A stretch of DNA of 64,000 bases from an uncultured Verrucomicrobiae bacterium (GCA_963756875.1 CAVWPA010000001.1:416001-480000); one strand, 5' to 3'. Positions 38,171-48,616 are shown, counted from the stretch's first letter. The notes: generated from the letters alone by a model not told the origin. Translations and numbers: made by a program.

Positions 38171-41080
38171 TCAGAAGCTCCAGGTAAATCCGCCGCTCAC
38201 GCCGTTGCTGTTGTAATTACTGCGGCCGAGTAATCCGTCGTAGTAAACGTAGACGGAGAAGGCCCGGTTGAGTTGTGCGCTGGCACCGGCTCTCACCTGC
38301 GCGCCATCACGGCCAACCGTTGGCCCCCTGACCGTGAAGACGTCTCCGGCTCCCGAAGCCAGGCTCGCATCGATCGGATAGGCCTGGTCGTTGTATTCAT
38401 GCAGCCAGGCAACATTCAATTCCGGACGGATGATCACGGTTTTGGATGGGTGCAGATCGTAACTGGCTCTTACCCCCACCGTGCTTTGCAGTGAGTTTTC
38501 GTTCTGGTCCGGGAAATCCAAGGGAGCCAGGGAACCGCGCTCTCCGAAATGATCGATTGAGACATCGGTGTATTGGAAGGTGGCTCTGGGGCCGATGTTC
38601 AAGCAACCAAAGCGCCAATCGTAACCGAGCGCGCCAAGAACATTGTACTGACTGCCTTTGGTGCTACCGATGGCGTCGCCCAAAAGAGCGGCGCGACGCG
38701 TCTTGTAGTCGTTCCAGGTGCCGCCCCCGCTGACATCAACATAAAACCTGTCCCAGAACCAGGTGGCAAATCCGCCCACGTTGCCGCCGTTGGTGGTGAT
38801 CCGTCCGTCGTTCACCAGGTTGGCCACACCGGCATCGTAGCCGCCGTAAATGCCAAAGGCCAGATTGTGAAGGAGCCGGTAATCGATGCCTACGGTGAAG
38901 TTGCCGTTGGAAAGATTGTAACCGGTAGCGTTGTCATCGTCGTCTCCGACGTTAACGAACTGGCCCGAGCCGGTGGCCCAGATGCCCCAGCGATTTTCAG
39001 GGGCCGGAACAAAGGCTGGGGCGGAGTTTTTGTTGAGGACCTCCTTGCCATCGGACTCCTTGGTGTAAGCGTTCGGAGGCATTTCCATCGCAACGGTTGA
39101 ACAAAAACCGGTGGACCCGGCGCGGATATCATCCATGCGCTGCATGAGATTGACCCCTTGCATGTTGGCCTGGGTGAATCCCATCTCGTAAATGGAAGCG
39201 AGTTCTTCGGGCGCGATCAGATCGAAGTCATGCGGAAGATTGCCGAATGGCTCCGTCACGAGGAATGAGATCAAGTCGCTCGCGCGTGGATTGTTTCTGA
39301 CCTCATTTAATTCGTTTGCCACAGCTTTTTGATTCGGAGTCAGACCACCAAGAACGGTAAAAGAGGTTATTTCGAATCGTATATAAACATCGAGGGCTTC
39401 ATCGTAATGAGGGACCGGCTGCAAAAAGCCAGTGAAGGTGCTTGTGACATTGTCAAACATTCCGGTATGTCCGCCCAGGTCGCCAATAATGTTCACGCGA
39501 TCCCCGGGCGCCGGATCAAAATTGTTAATGCGAACAAGTGCTAACGTCCCGCCAAGCGAAGCGCTCCCGTTAACCGCCAAGAAGTCACTTTCCACGCCGG
39601 AGTTCAAGCCGCCGATCTGCAGCTGCAAAGTGCCTCCGGTATTTTGCACATAGTTTCCTCCCACCGCCATTGCGCGCGGCCCGTTAAAGGTCTGAAGAGT
39701 ACCGCCGTTGACAGTGACGTCGCCGGTCCCCATCGCATTCAAACTGCCGATGGCGAGTATGCCGTCCTCGATGCTGGTGCCCCCGGTGTAGGTATTGTCG
39801 TGAGTCAGGGTCAACATACCCGTGCCAACCTTGCTGATCGAACCGCCTGCGTCCGGACTAAGCCCGCCATCCTGGATCACCCCAGAAAAGGTCGTGTCCA
39901 TGTTATTGGTCCCGATGGCAAGATTGTTCGATCCGAGAAAAACATTCCCGTCCCCTTCGAGCGAGCCGATAGTCGTGCCGCCCGAAAAGAGAAAGCTGAT
40001 GTCCAGGTTGCCGTTGCCAAAAACTTCCACCCGCGCGTTTTCCCCATGCGAAAAGAAGATGAATTCAATCCGACCGCCATCGCCGCCACCGGTGCCGCTG
40101 TTGGCGATCAGAGTCGCATTGCCCGCAAACGAGCTCTGAAAAATATTAGCCCCGTTCCCGCTAAATAACGTGAGACCACCGCCGGCTCCGGCCGTGGTGC
40201 CGCCCCTGCTCACGATCATACTGTCGGCCGCAGTCGAGGTATCAAGAAACTCCGTCGAGCCGCCGACTACCCCGTTGATACTCGCCTCATTGTTCGTAAA
40301 CATGCCGTTGGCCGCGGTCGCGCTGTTTTGGAAAATCGTCCGGCCCTGGCCTGCGCCGGCGACCGTGCCGGGGTAATTGGCGAATGTGCCATTAGCAGCC
40401 GTGCCGTTGACAAAATTCGTCGCGCCACCGAATCCGCCGGTGGCCGTAGCGCCGTTGTTGATGAACATGCCGTTGGCGGCGGTTGTGCCGGTATCGAGGA
40501 ATTGCGTGGCGCCGCCGCCCGCCATGGCCGCAGTGCCACCATTATTAAAAAAGGTGGCACTGCCCGCGGAGGAGGTGTCGTAGAAATTTGTGATCCCGGG
40601 CACGGCCGCGACGGTGGCGCCGTTGTTGGTAAACCTGGTATTGATTCCGGCCGTTGCGCTGTTGACGAGGTGTATCTGTCCAAATTGGCCGGCTCCGTTC
40701 ACGGCCGTCACGAAGCGCTGTATGAAGGCTGAAATATTGTCAACGCCTCCGCTGTTGATAGTCAGCGTAAAACCGGGGTTGGAGGTGATGGTGAAGGGGC
40801 TGGCAGCCGGGCTGAAAAAAACTGTGAGCGCCTCCGTATTGGCCGAGAGCGAGACGGCGGTCGTATTCGAAGTATCAAATGTCGCCGTATCGCTGGGGCC
40901 ATTGGGTACCGTTACCGGTGTCCAGTTGGTGGCGGTGTTCCAGTCGCCACTGCCGGGATTGAGCAGCCAAGTGGCGCTGCTGGCAAAGGCCGGCGTGGCT
41001 AAGAGCGTAAACGAGAGCGCAAAGGAAACGACGATGACTCTTACCCGGATTAGTTTCATGAACTTTTTCTCTTCCTTCAT
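38171..41080 (-). CDS. Autotransporter (type Va) adhesin-like protein 1
   Basis: Signal peptide, G/T/N-rich beta-helix repeats, KVGTGMLTLTHDNTYTGGT passenger repeat, C-terminal barrel ending WSF. Confidence 0.93.
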   Translation of the reverse strand: MKEEKKFMKLIRVRVIVVSFALSFTLLATPAFASSATWLLNPGSGDWNTATNWTPVTVPNGPSDTATFDTSNTTAVSLSANTEALTVFFSPAASPFTITSNPGFTLTINSGGVDNISAFIQRFVTAVNGAGQFGQIHLVNSATAGINTRFTNNGATVAAVPGITNFYDTSSAGSATFFNNGGTAAMAGGGATQFLDTGTTAANGMFINNGATATGGFGGATNFVNGTAANGTFANYPGTVAGAGQGRTIFQNSATAANGMFTNNEASINGVVGGSTEFLDTSTAADSMIVSRGGTTAGAGGGLTLFSGNGANIFQSSFAGNATLIANSGTGGGDGGRIEFIFFSHGENARVEVFGNGNLDISFLFSGGTTIGSLEGDGNVFLGSNNLAIGTNNMDTTFSGVIQDGGLSPDAGGSISKVGTGMLTLTHDNTYTGGTSIEDGILAIGSLNAMGTGDVTVNGGTLQTFNGPRAMAVGGNYVQNTGGTLQLQIGGLNSGVESDFLAVNGSASLGGTLALVRINNFDPAPGDRVNIIGDLGGHTGMFDNVTSTFTGFLQPVPHYDEALDVYIRFEITSFTVLGGLTPNQKAVANELNEVRNNPRASDLISFLVTEPFGNLPHDFDLIAPEELASIYEMGFTQANMQGVNLMQRMDDIRAGSTGFCSTVAMEMPPNAYTKESDGKEVLNKNSAPAFVPAPENRWGIWATGSGQFVNVGDDDDNATGYNLSNGNFTVGIDYRLLHNLAFGIYGGYDAGVANLVNDGRITTNGGNVGGFATWFWDRFYVDVSGGGTWNDYKTRRAALLGDAIGSTKGSQYNVLGALGYDWRFGCLNIGPRATFQYTDVSIDHFGERGSLAPLDFPDQNENSLQSTVGVRASYDLHPSKTVIIRPELNVAWLHEYNDQAYPIDASLASGAGDVFTVRGPTVGRDGAQVRAGASAQLNRAFSVYVYYDGLLGRSNYNSNGVSGGFTWSF

Positions 41081-41256
41081 TCTGTTGTTATTCGCTTAAG
41101 GGCGGAGTTTGTCTCAAGCGCCTTCATCGGAAATTGATCGTTGCGTTTCAAATGTCCAGCTGAAATGTGAGAGACCGCCCTATAGTCGGTACAATGACGG
41201 GGGGCGCAGTTACTTGCCTCGATGCATTTGTCCGGCGGCCGCGGACTGCCATCACG

Positions 41257-41308
41257 GGTGCAGGTTCAGAACATAGGTAACACAATAGGTTCAAGACATA
41301 GGTAACAC
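41257..41308. mobile_element. Isolated IS481-like terminal sequence
   Basis: Tandem 22-bp repeats AGGTTCA(GA/AG)ACATAGGTAACAC, reverse complement TGTTACCTATGT; no transposase. Confidence 0.6.
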
Positions 41309-41340
41309 TTTGCGGTGCAAAGAGGGGGTTGATGCTGGGT

Positions 41341-41400
41341 GCGGAACTGCCGATTCTTCGAATGCTCGAGCTGAGCAAATAGATCGCGCTGGAGCGCGAT
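41341..41400 (+). repeat. Diverged duplicate of the nadA 3' end and downstream hairpin
   Basis: Encodes AELPILRMLELSK*, identical to 37966-38007, with 5 silent changes. Confidence 0.92.
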
Positions 41401-41470
41401 CAAAATTCTAGGAACCAGGGCTGGTAGGCTGAGCGCCTGCCCTACAACTCAGACTTGGAAAGCTATCGAG

Positions 41471-44149
41471 TCAGAAGCTCCAGGTAAAGCCGCCGCTTGC
41501 GCCGTTGTTGCTGTAATTGCCGCGGCCGAGCAGCCCGTCGTAGTAAACGTAGATGGCGAAGGCCGGGTTAAGTTGCGCGCTGGCGCCGGCTCTCACCTGC
41601 GCGCCGTCGCGACCAACGTTCGGTCCGTAGACGGTGAAACCGCCAGGGCAACCAATAAAGCCCGCATCGATGGGATAGGCCCGGTCGTTGTATTCATGCA
41701 GCCAGGCGACATTCAATTCGGGGCGGATGATGACGGTTTTGGATGGGTGCAGATCGTAACTGGCTCTTACCCCCACCGTGCTTTGCAGTGAATCTTCGTT
41801 CTGATCCGGGAAATTCAGGGGAGCCAGGGAACCTCTCTCCCTGAACTGATCGATGGTGACGTCGGTGTATTGGAAGGTGGCCCTTGGGCCGATGTTCCAG
41901 CACCCAAAGTGCCAGTCGTAACCGAGCGCGCCAAGGACATTGTATTGACTGCCTTTGGTGCTGCCGACGGCGTCACCCAAAAGGGCGGTGCGCCGTGTCT
42001 TGTAGTTGTTCCAGGTACCGCCCCCGCTGACATCGACATAAAACCTGTCCCAGGACCAGGTGGCAAAGCCGCCCACGTTGCCGCCATTGGTGGTAATGCG
42101 GCCGTCGTTCACCAGGTTGGCTACGCCGGCATCGTAGCCGCCGTAAATGCCAAAAGCCAGGTTGTGCAACAAGCGGTAATCGATGCCCACGGTGAAGTTG
42201 CCGTTGGAAAGATCGTAGCCGGTGGCGTTGTCATCGTCGCCTCCGACATTGACGAACTGGCCCGAGCCGGTGGCCCAGATACCCCAGCGATTTTCAGGGG
42301 TGGGGACGAAGGCCGGAACGGGGTTCTTGTTAAGGACCTCTTTGCCATCGGACTCCTTGCTATAACTTGGGGCGGGCATTTCCATGGCAACGCTCGAGCA
42401 AAACCCAGTGGACCCGGCGCGGATATCATCCATGCGCTGCATGAGGTTGACCCCTTGCATGTTGGCCTGGGTGAAACCCATCTCGTAGATGGAAGCCAGT
42501 TCTTCGGGCGCGATCAGGTCGTAATCGTACGGGAGATTAACCAGCGGCTCGTTGCCAACAAAGCTAATCACCCGGGGCACGCAATTATCCAAAACCGCGT
42601 TGTCCAAAGCCGCGCCCACAGCCATTTGGTTACGGGTCAGGCCCTGGGATTCGAACGTGTTTGAAAGTTCGAAATCCACGAACACGTCGGAGGGATCGTA
42701 AATGATGTAGGGTTGAATCAGCCCGGGGAAATCGTTTGGTGCGATCGTATTGTTCGGCGTGCTGTCCCATTCGTTAACCACGTTGTTCGCGGTAATAATT
42801 TCCACCATGTCGCCCGGGAGCGGGCTAAAATTATTAATCCGCTGGATGAATGGACTGCTGAAATCACCCTGGGAGAGGAACGCTGTATTATTTACCTGCA
42901 TTAGGTCGGAATCGAATCCGGAATTAAGTCCGCCGATCTGAAAGCGTATCGTGCCAAACTCCTGTCTGTAGTTGTTGGCTACATAGAAACTTTGGGAACT
43001 GTTGTCCAACGTTTCCAGAGTGCCGTCGTGTAGGAGGACATTGCCGTTACCCAGCGCATTATAATTATTCACGACCAGCGTGCCGTCGTTGACCCTTGTT
43101 CCGCCGGTATGCGTATTGGCACCGTCAAGTTGCAGCGTGCCCGTGCCAAGCTTGGCAAACAGGCCGCCGGTACCGCCATTTTTTCCGCCGTCCTGGATCA
43201 CCCCGGAAAAAACAGTGTCCATGTTATTGGTGCCTACCCTCAGCGTGCCGCTTCCCAGGAAGACATTCCCGTCGCCTTCGAGCGAGCCGATATTCACGCC
43301 CCCGCTGGGGTGAAAGCTAATGTCCAGATAGCCGGGCCCGGCACCGCCGAAAACTTCAACTCGCGACGTGCCACCATCGGAAGCGTTAGCAAAGAAAATG
43401 GCACCGCCTCCACCGGCGACGCTGCCTGCATTTGCGACGAGCGTGGCATTGCCCGCGGTCGAGGCCATGTAGAATGTCGTGAAACCACCTGCGGCAACCT
43501 CCATCCCGGCCGCCGTGTCGGCGAACGCGGCGCCGTTATTGATGATTAAGGCATCACCAGCAGAGGAACTGTTCCGGAATTGCGTTTCGGCACCGATGCA
43601 GTTGGCCACTGTTTCGGCTTCGTTGGTAATTTTGGCGCTACCTGCCGTAGAGGTGTCGTGGAATAACAGGAAGGCGCTGTCAAAGGTCCCCGTCTGCGTC
43701 GAGCCCTTCAGATCGTACGCCGTCATGGTGCCGGCGGTCGCGCTGTTGAAAAAGTCCATCTCTCCGAAATAAGTGTTACCGGCATCAAGAACGAAGTTTT
43801 GGGTGGCCCCCGAATTGTTGGTGACCCCGGCGCCGCTGACATTAAAGATTACCGACTGATTGACAGTGATGGTAAAAGGGTTGGAAGCGGCGTTGGAATT
43901 AAACACGATGCTGCCGACCGTGGTATTAATGGTGACATGGGGGTCCGTCAGGTTAGACAAGTCGAAGGTGGCCGTCTGTGCAGCGGCTTGGGGATAAGTC
44001 GCCCCCGTCCAGTTGGCGTTGTTATCCCAGTTGTTGTTTGCGGGATTGAGTAACCAAGTACCGCTGGCGGCGCGAGTGGATGCAGGCAGGGCTACCAAAG
44101 CCAGCACTGCCAGCGCGGGAAGGAAGCTGGCGATGAAGCATCTTTTCAT
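41471..44149 (-). CDS. Autotransporter (type Va) adhesin-like protein 2
   Basis: Same architecture as 38171-41080; linker and barrel nearly identical, passenger divergent. Confidence 0.93.
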   Translation of the reverse strand: MKRCFIASFLPALAVLALVALPASTRAASGTWLLNPANNNWDNNANWTGATYPQAAAQTATFDLSNLTDPHVTINTTVGSIVFNSNAASNPFTITVNQSVIFNVSGAGVTNNSGATQNFVLDAGNTYFGEMDFFNSATAGTMTAYDLKGSTQTGTFDSAFLLFHDTSTAGSAKITNEAETVANCIGAETQFRNSSSAGDALIINNGAAFADTAAGMEVAAGGFTTFYMASTAGNATLVANAGSVAGGGGAIFFANASDGGTSRVEVFGGAGPGYLDISFHPSGGVNIGSLEGDGNVFLGSGTLRVGTNNMDTVFSGVIQDGGKNGGTGGLFAKLGTGTLQLDGANTHTGGTRVNDGTLVVNNYNALGNGNVLLHDGTLETLDNSSQSFYVANNYRQEFGTIRFQIGGLNSGFDSDLMQVNNTAFLSQGDFSSPFIQRINNFSPLPGDMVEIITANNVVNEWDSTPNNTIAPNDFPGLIQPYIIYDPSDVFVDFELSNTFESQGLTRNQMAVGAALDNAVLDNCVPRVISFVGNEPLVNLPYDYDLIAPEELASIYEMGFTQANMQGVNLMQRMDDIRAGSTGFCSSVAMEMPAPSYSKESDGKEVLNKNPVPAFVPTPENRWGIWATGSGQFVNVGGDDDNATGYDLSNGNFTVGIDYRLLHNLAFGIYGGYDAGVANLVNDGRITTNGGNVGGFATWSWDRFYVDVSGGGTWNNYKTRRTALLGDAVGSTKGSQYNVLGALGYDWHFGCWNIGPRATFQYTDVTIDQFRERGSLAPLNFPDQNEDSLQSTVGVRASYDLHPSKTVIIRPELNVAWLHEYNDRAYPIDAGFIGCPGGFTVYGPNVGRDGAQVRAGASAQLNPAFAIYVYYDGLLGRGNYSNNGASGGFTWSF

Positions 44150-44577
44150 AATGGCGGAAGGCGTGTTTCCTTGTGGAACACGAATTTCATCGGTTGTTTC
44201 TCCTGACTATCGTTTAATGCAAGAAGCGTTATTAAGGCGTTTGGCTGGTTTGATAAGAAATCCGTAAGAAGGGGTCAACAAAATAAAGCGAGGGGCGGCC
44301 ACATAATCATCAGAGTTACTAGAAGAACTAGCGATCAGACTGGAGCGCAAATGCGCAAATGGTGACGAAATAAACGACCGATTGTTCCCCAGCGCAGCCA
44401 CACGGCAATGCGTGGCAGATGGCCCATTCGACGACTTTAGCAGGCGATGCGCCCGCCCTACAACGGCTTTCAACTCAGCGGCGGTTATCACGTTGGAGGG
44501 CAAGCGCGCCGCTTGCCAATCGGCCACAAAATCTTTTCACTTGTCACTTATCACCAGTCACTTTTGACTGCTGCCGC

Positions 44578-45822
44578 ATGCAACGACCTTCTCTCTGGCC
44601 CCTTCTTGTCGTTGTGCTCCTTGGCATTTTGTTTCTGCGCGAGCCGCGGTTTCAACGCCTCGAGCAAATTTTCCTGCGTTGGCTCGTCAACAACTCCCGA
44701 CCGATGATGCCGGCTGCGCCACTCACTATTGTGGACATCGGATCGTTGACCTCGGGCAAGGGCAAGGCGACAACCGCTGCCGAGAAACTTCTGCACGGCT
44801 CGGCCAAGGAAATTTCGCCGCTGGAATCCGCGCTTTTATTGCAGGCGGCGCTCGATTTCAAACCAACCGTGATCGCGTTCGAACCGGTCCTGCGATGGAG
44901 CGAGAAGGAAAAAGACCAGGCGCAGATTTTTGTCGATCAAGCGATGCGGGTGCCGAAGCTGGTGATGGGTACGGAATTGACCGCGACGCCGGATCCGGAT
45001 GCGCCGGTTCCCGAGATCCCCGGATTCACGCAGGTGACCGGCAAGCGGGGCGATCTGGTCGAGTTTTCCGGAATTTCGCGACAGCCGGGCGAAGATGTGC
45101 GGATTCTTTCCACTCCCGGTTTTGTTAATTTGCCGAAGGAAGTGGCCGATCAAATTCATGTGCCGCTGCTTTTTCAATATCGCGGCGAGGTGATCCCGTC
45201 GTTCGCTTTGCAATCGGTGTTGCTCTGGATGCGCGTCCCCTTGAACGAGGTTAAGATTGAGCTCGGGTCGCATATTTTGCTACCGAACGGTGAGAAGATT
45301 CCTGTTCGGGCCGACGGCACCCTGTTGGTCAGCCCGAATGCCGCCCGGCGAGCGCGCCACCTCACATTAAACGAATTGCTCCTGGAAGCCGAACAACACG
45401 AGAAGGAGCCGTCGGCTGCAGCTCGCTTTAATAATATCCGAGATCAGATCGTGCTGGCGCGCGCTCCATTGGGCGCAAGGCGGCGAGCGGACATTTTTGC
45501 TGCTGCCATTGCCACGATACAGGCCCATGCGTTTATTCGGCGAGTCAGTTGGATTTACGATTGCATGGTGGTCCTGATCGCGGCGTCACTTAGCGGCGCC
45601 GTCCGGCAATTTTCGCGCGTCGATCTCGTGCTGGGAGGAATCGCCTGTTCCGCTGGCTATTGTCTGATCGCGCTGGCTGTCATCTCGCGCTGGTTTATCT
45701 GGCTGCCAGGATTTCTGCCGCTGGGCGCAGTTTGGGTGCTGGTAATCTATTCCCTGGTCCTTCCGAAAACAAAAGACTCTCCGCGAACTGTCGCCATTGC
45801 CGTTTCGCCGCCGGCGCCATGA
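44578..45822 (+). CDS. CHASE2-like sensor domain membrane protein
   Basis: N-terminal TM, LTIVDI, P.VIAF, PSFALQ, three C-terminal TMs; no output domain. Confidence 0.7.
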   Translation: MQRPSLWPLLVVVLLGILFLREPRFQRLEQIFLRWLVNNSRPMMPAAPLTIVDIGSLTSGKGKATTAAEKLLHGSAKEISPLESALLLQAALDFKPTVIAFEPVLRWSEKEKDQAQIFVDQAMRVPKLVMGTELTATPDPDAPVPEIPGFTQVTGKRGDLVEFSGISRQPGEDVRILSTPGFVNLPKEVADQIHVPLLFQYRGEVIPSFALQSVLLWMRVPLNEVKIELGSHILLPNGEKIPVRADGTLLVSPNAARRARHLTLNELLLEAEQHEKEPSAAARFNNIRDQIVLARAPLGARRRADIFAAAIATIQAHAFIRRVSWIYDCMVVLIAASLSGAVRQFSRVDLVLGGIACSAGYCLIALAVISRWFIWLPGFLPLGAVWVLVIYSLVLPKTKDSPRTVAIAVSPPAP

Positions 45823-45823
45823 A

Positions 45824-45957
45824 AAAGCACCAAAACCCAAGCTCCAACCTCCAGAGAAACTTCAAGTTCCAATATTCAACTTCATCGCGCGTTACAATTT
45901 TGGAGCTTGTGTGATTGGTGCTTCTCTGGTGCTTGGAGCTTGGGATTTGGTGCTTTA
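45824..45957. repeat. Inverted arrays of degenerate heptamers
   Basis: AAGCACCA..AAGCTCCAACCTCCAGAGAA / TTCTCTGGTGCTTGGAGCTTGG..TGGTGCTT. Confidence 0.8.
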
Positions 45958-45964
45958 GTGGACG

Positions 45965-47002
45965 ATGCCACAAGAACCTATTGAGCAGCATATCGATCGT
46001 TTGCACGCAAGCGGCATTGTCGATCTTCACTTCGATTTGCTGATCGATCTCTATGAGAAGCGCGATCGACCAGGCACGCTCGTCTCGCATTTCCTGCCGG
46101 AGTTCGAGGCGGGCGGGATTGGTGTAATCGGAGCGGCCATCTATATAGAGGACCGATATTTGCCGGAGATGGGATTGCGCGTCGGGCTCGATCAGGTGGC
46201 GCGTTTGTACGCCGAGGTTGAGAACACGAAGCGCTTTGCCGTTTGCAGGAGCTACGACGAAATCGTGCGTGCGCGGGCCGGGAGCAAGATCGCATTGCTC
46301 ATCACCATGGAGGGTGTCGAGCCGTTGGGCGGAGACCTGAATCTACTGCGCGTGTTTTACGAACTCGGTCTGCGCGTCGTTGGATTGACACACGCCCGGC
46401 GCAACGCCGCGGGCAGTGGCGGGATTTTCAAACCGAGCGGTTCGCCGCGTGACGGTCTTACCGAATTCGGCCGGGAGATTGTGCGCGAATGCGAGCGGCT
46501 CGGCATCATCATCGACCTTGCGCATATCAATCCGCAAGGATTCGACGACATTGTCGGCCTAACGACCAAGCCTCTCGTCGTTTCGCATACTAACGCCCGG
46601 AAATTCCACGATATCGAGCGCAACATCAGCGACGAACAAATCAAAGCGATCGGCCAACGCGGCGGCGTGATCGGCATCAATGCGATTCTGGTGAGTTCGA
46701 ACGCGGGAAAAAGCACTCTCGATCATTACGTCGATCACATCGAGCATGTGATTGGTCTCATCGGAATCGACGGCGTCGGCATTGGCTTTGATTTCTGCGA
46801 GTACCTGTTCGAGCAATTGCCGTCAGAGGTGCGACAGGAGCTTGCGGCCAAGCTGACCACGCCGCATTTCATCCCCGACCTGACGAATCATTCGCACGCT
46901 CGGAATCTCACCCGCAAATTGATCGAGCGCGGATTTGCCGACGAGCAGATCGAAAAAATTCTGTATCGAAACTGGATGCGGATTTTGAAAGCTCTTCTGT
47001 AG
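45965..47002 (+). CDS. Membrane dipeptidase (peptidase M19)
   Basis: DLHFD, ITMEG, IDLAH, SHTN, RNISD, GIGFDF, NWMR. Confidence 0.92.
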   Translation: MPQEPIEQHIDRLHASGIVDLHFDLLIDLYEKRDRPGTLVSHFLPEFEAGGIGVIGAAIYIEDRYLPEMGLRVGLDQVARLYAEVENTKRFAVCRSYDEIVRARAGSKIALLITMEGVEPLGGDLNLLRVFYELGLRVVGLTHARRNAAGSGGIFKPSGSPRDGLTEFGREIVRECERLGIIIDLAHINPQGFDDIVGLTTKPLVVSHTNARKFHDIERNISDEQIKAIGQRGGVIGINAILVSSNAGKSTLDHYVDHIEHVIGLIGIDGVGIGFDFCEYLFEQLPSEVRQELAAKLTTPHFIPDLTNHSHARNLTRKLIERGFADEQIEKILYRNWMRILKALL

Positions 47003-47063
47003 CGGCGCTCTATGAGCGTCGCACTAATTCAAGCGACCCCGAATGCTTTCGGGGCCGCTTACA
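46998..47063. repeat. GTAG REP pair
   Basis: TGTAGCGGCGCTCTATGAGCGTCG...GGGGCCGCTTACA. Confidence 0.8.
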
Positions 47064-47064
47064 A

Positions 47065-48396
47065 TCAGACGATCGTCAGCTGCGGAAATTTCCTGCCGAG
47101 CACCTTCTCGCTCGGCGCTTTCAGCCATTGATCGAGCACGGTTCCGTAAACGCTGCGGAAATCGACGTTGAACTTCAGATCGCCGCGGTCGAGTTGCGTC
47201 AGACTCGGATATTTTCCGAACAAGCCGGGCTTTACTTTTCCGCCGACGACAAACATCGGCGCGGCCGCGCCATGGTCGGTTCCGCCGTTCGCATTTTCGG
47301 CGACGCGCCGGCCGAATTCGCTGAAAGTCATTAACAAAACGCGCTCAAAGTTGCCCTGTTGTTTCAAATCGGAAACAAAAGCGGCGACGGCGTCATTCAT
47401 CTCGCCCATCAACCGCTCGTGTGCATTCAACTGACCCGCATGCGTATCGAACCCGCCCTGGCTCGCATAATAAACGCGCGTTGTGAGTCCGCCCCCGATC
47501 ATCCGGGCAATGATGTTCAAACTGGCGGCGAGTTGGCCGGGAGGATAGATCACGGTCGATTTGTATTTGCGCGCGATCTCCAAAATCTTGTCCGAGCTCA
47601 TCTGCGCATCGAGCGCTGTCCGCTGCAAAAAATCCAGTGTGCTCATGCTGCTCTCTGTCTTTCCGGCAATCGCGCCGACCGATGCGCCGTCGGAAGCCGC
47701 CAGCGCCGCATCGCCGCCTTCGGATTCGTTGAGCTGGCGAAAGAAAAATTCTTCCGCGCTCATTCGGCCGTTTCTTGGGCCGGATGTGCGGTAGCGAAAT
47801 TGTTCCGGGCGCGAAAATGTAATGCCGGTCGGAGTTTTCGCCGCAAAAGCCTGCGGCATTTCCTCACTGATGGCGATGCCGACCGTTGGGTCCGCGCCGG
47901 AGCAACAGTTGTCGAAGTAGCGACCGATCCAGCCTTCGCTGAGATTGCGGTTCGCGTCTGAAGCGGTCTGCCAGATTTCGGTGGAACGAAAATGCGATCG
48001 ATTAGGGTTCGGATAACCGACGCCCTGTACGACGGCGAGATGGCCCTCATCATAAAGAGACTTCAGACCGGTAAGCTTCGGGTTGAGTCCGGCATAATCG
48101 TTGAGCTTAAGAACGTTTTCCGCGGCAAAGGCGAGACGTGGGCGCGCCCGATGATAGGCGTCGTCGGCGAACGGTACCACCATGTTCAGTCCGTCGTTGC
48201 CGCCCGCCATTTGCAACACGACCAAAATTGTTCCGTCCTTGCCGGTAACAGTTTGGGTGAGCGCGTCGGCGGCCATGGCGTCGAGTGTGAAGAATGTTTT
48301 TTCCAGAAATACGGGCAGCGTCCAGGTCGCGGCTGCGCCGAGCATGGAGGTGCGTAGAAACTGGCGTCGCGTTTGCAGTGTGGGTTCTGGTTTCAT
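47065..48396 (-). CDS. DUF1501 domain protein (Tat signal)
   Basis: TRRQFL, GGNDGLN, NRSHFRS, GGFDTH, SEFGRR, GTDHG. Confidence 0.93.
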   Translation of the reverse strand: MKPEPTLQTRRQFLRTSMLGAAATWTLPVFLEKTFFTLDAMAADALTQTVTGKDGTILVVLQMAGGNDGLNMVVPFADDAYHRARPRLAFAAENVLKLNDYAGLNPKLTGLKSLYDEGHLAVVQGVGYPNPNRSHFRSTEIWQTASDANRNLSEGWIGRYFDNCCSGADPTVGIAISEEMPQAFAAKTPTGITFSRPEQFRYRTSGPRNGRMSAEEFFFRQLNESEGGDAALAASDGASVGAIAGKTESSMSTLDFLQRTALDAQMSSDKILEIARKYKSTVIYPPGQLAASLNIIARMIGGGLTTRVYYASQGGFDTHAGQLNAHERLMGEMNDAVAAFVSDLKQQGNFERVLLMTFSEFGRRVAENANGGTDHGAAAPMFVVGGKVKPGLFGKYPSLTQLDRGDLKFNVDFRSVYGTVLDQWLKAPSEKVLGRKFPQLTIV

Positions 48397-48419
48397 TTTA
48401 TAAAGCTTGCCGCTTTTCC

Positions 48420-48580
48420 GGGGAGCGCACGCGCCTCGCGTGCTGGCGACGACGCCCTCGTCGTCGCGAACTTTTTAAAACGAGACAAGGTCGAGATCGC
48501 GGCTGGCGTTCTATCCGGGAGCGAAAAAGTTCGTCGCGGCGAGGCGCCGCAACCAGCACGCCAGGCGCGTGCGGTCCCCA
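48420..48580. repeat. GGAGCGCACGCG-type long palindromic element
   Basis: GGGAGCGCACGCGCCTCGCGTGCTGG...CCAGCACGCCAGGCGCGTGCGGTCCC. Confidence 0.82.
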
Positions 48581-48616
48581 ACAGAAGGCCAATTCTTAGC
48601 GTTCTTAACAACGTGT

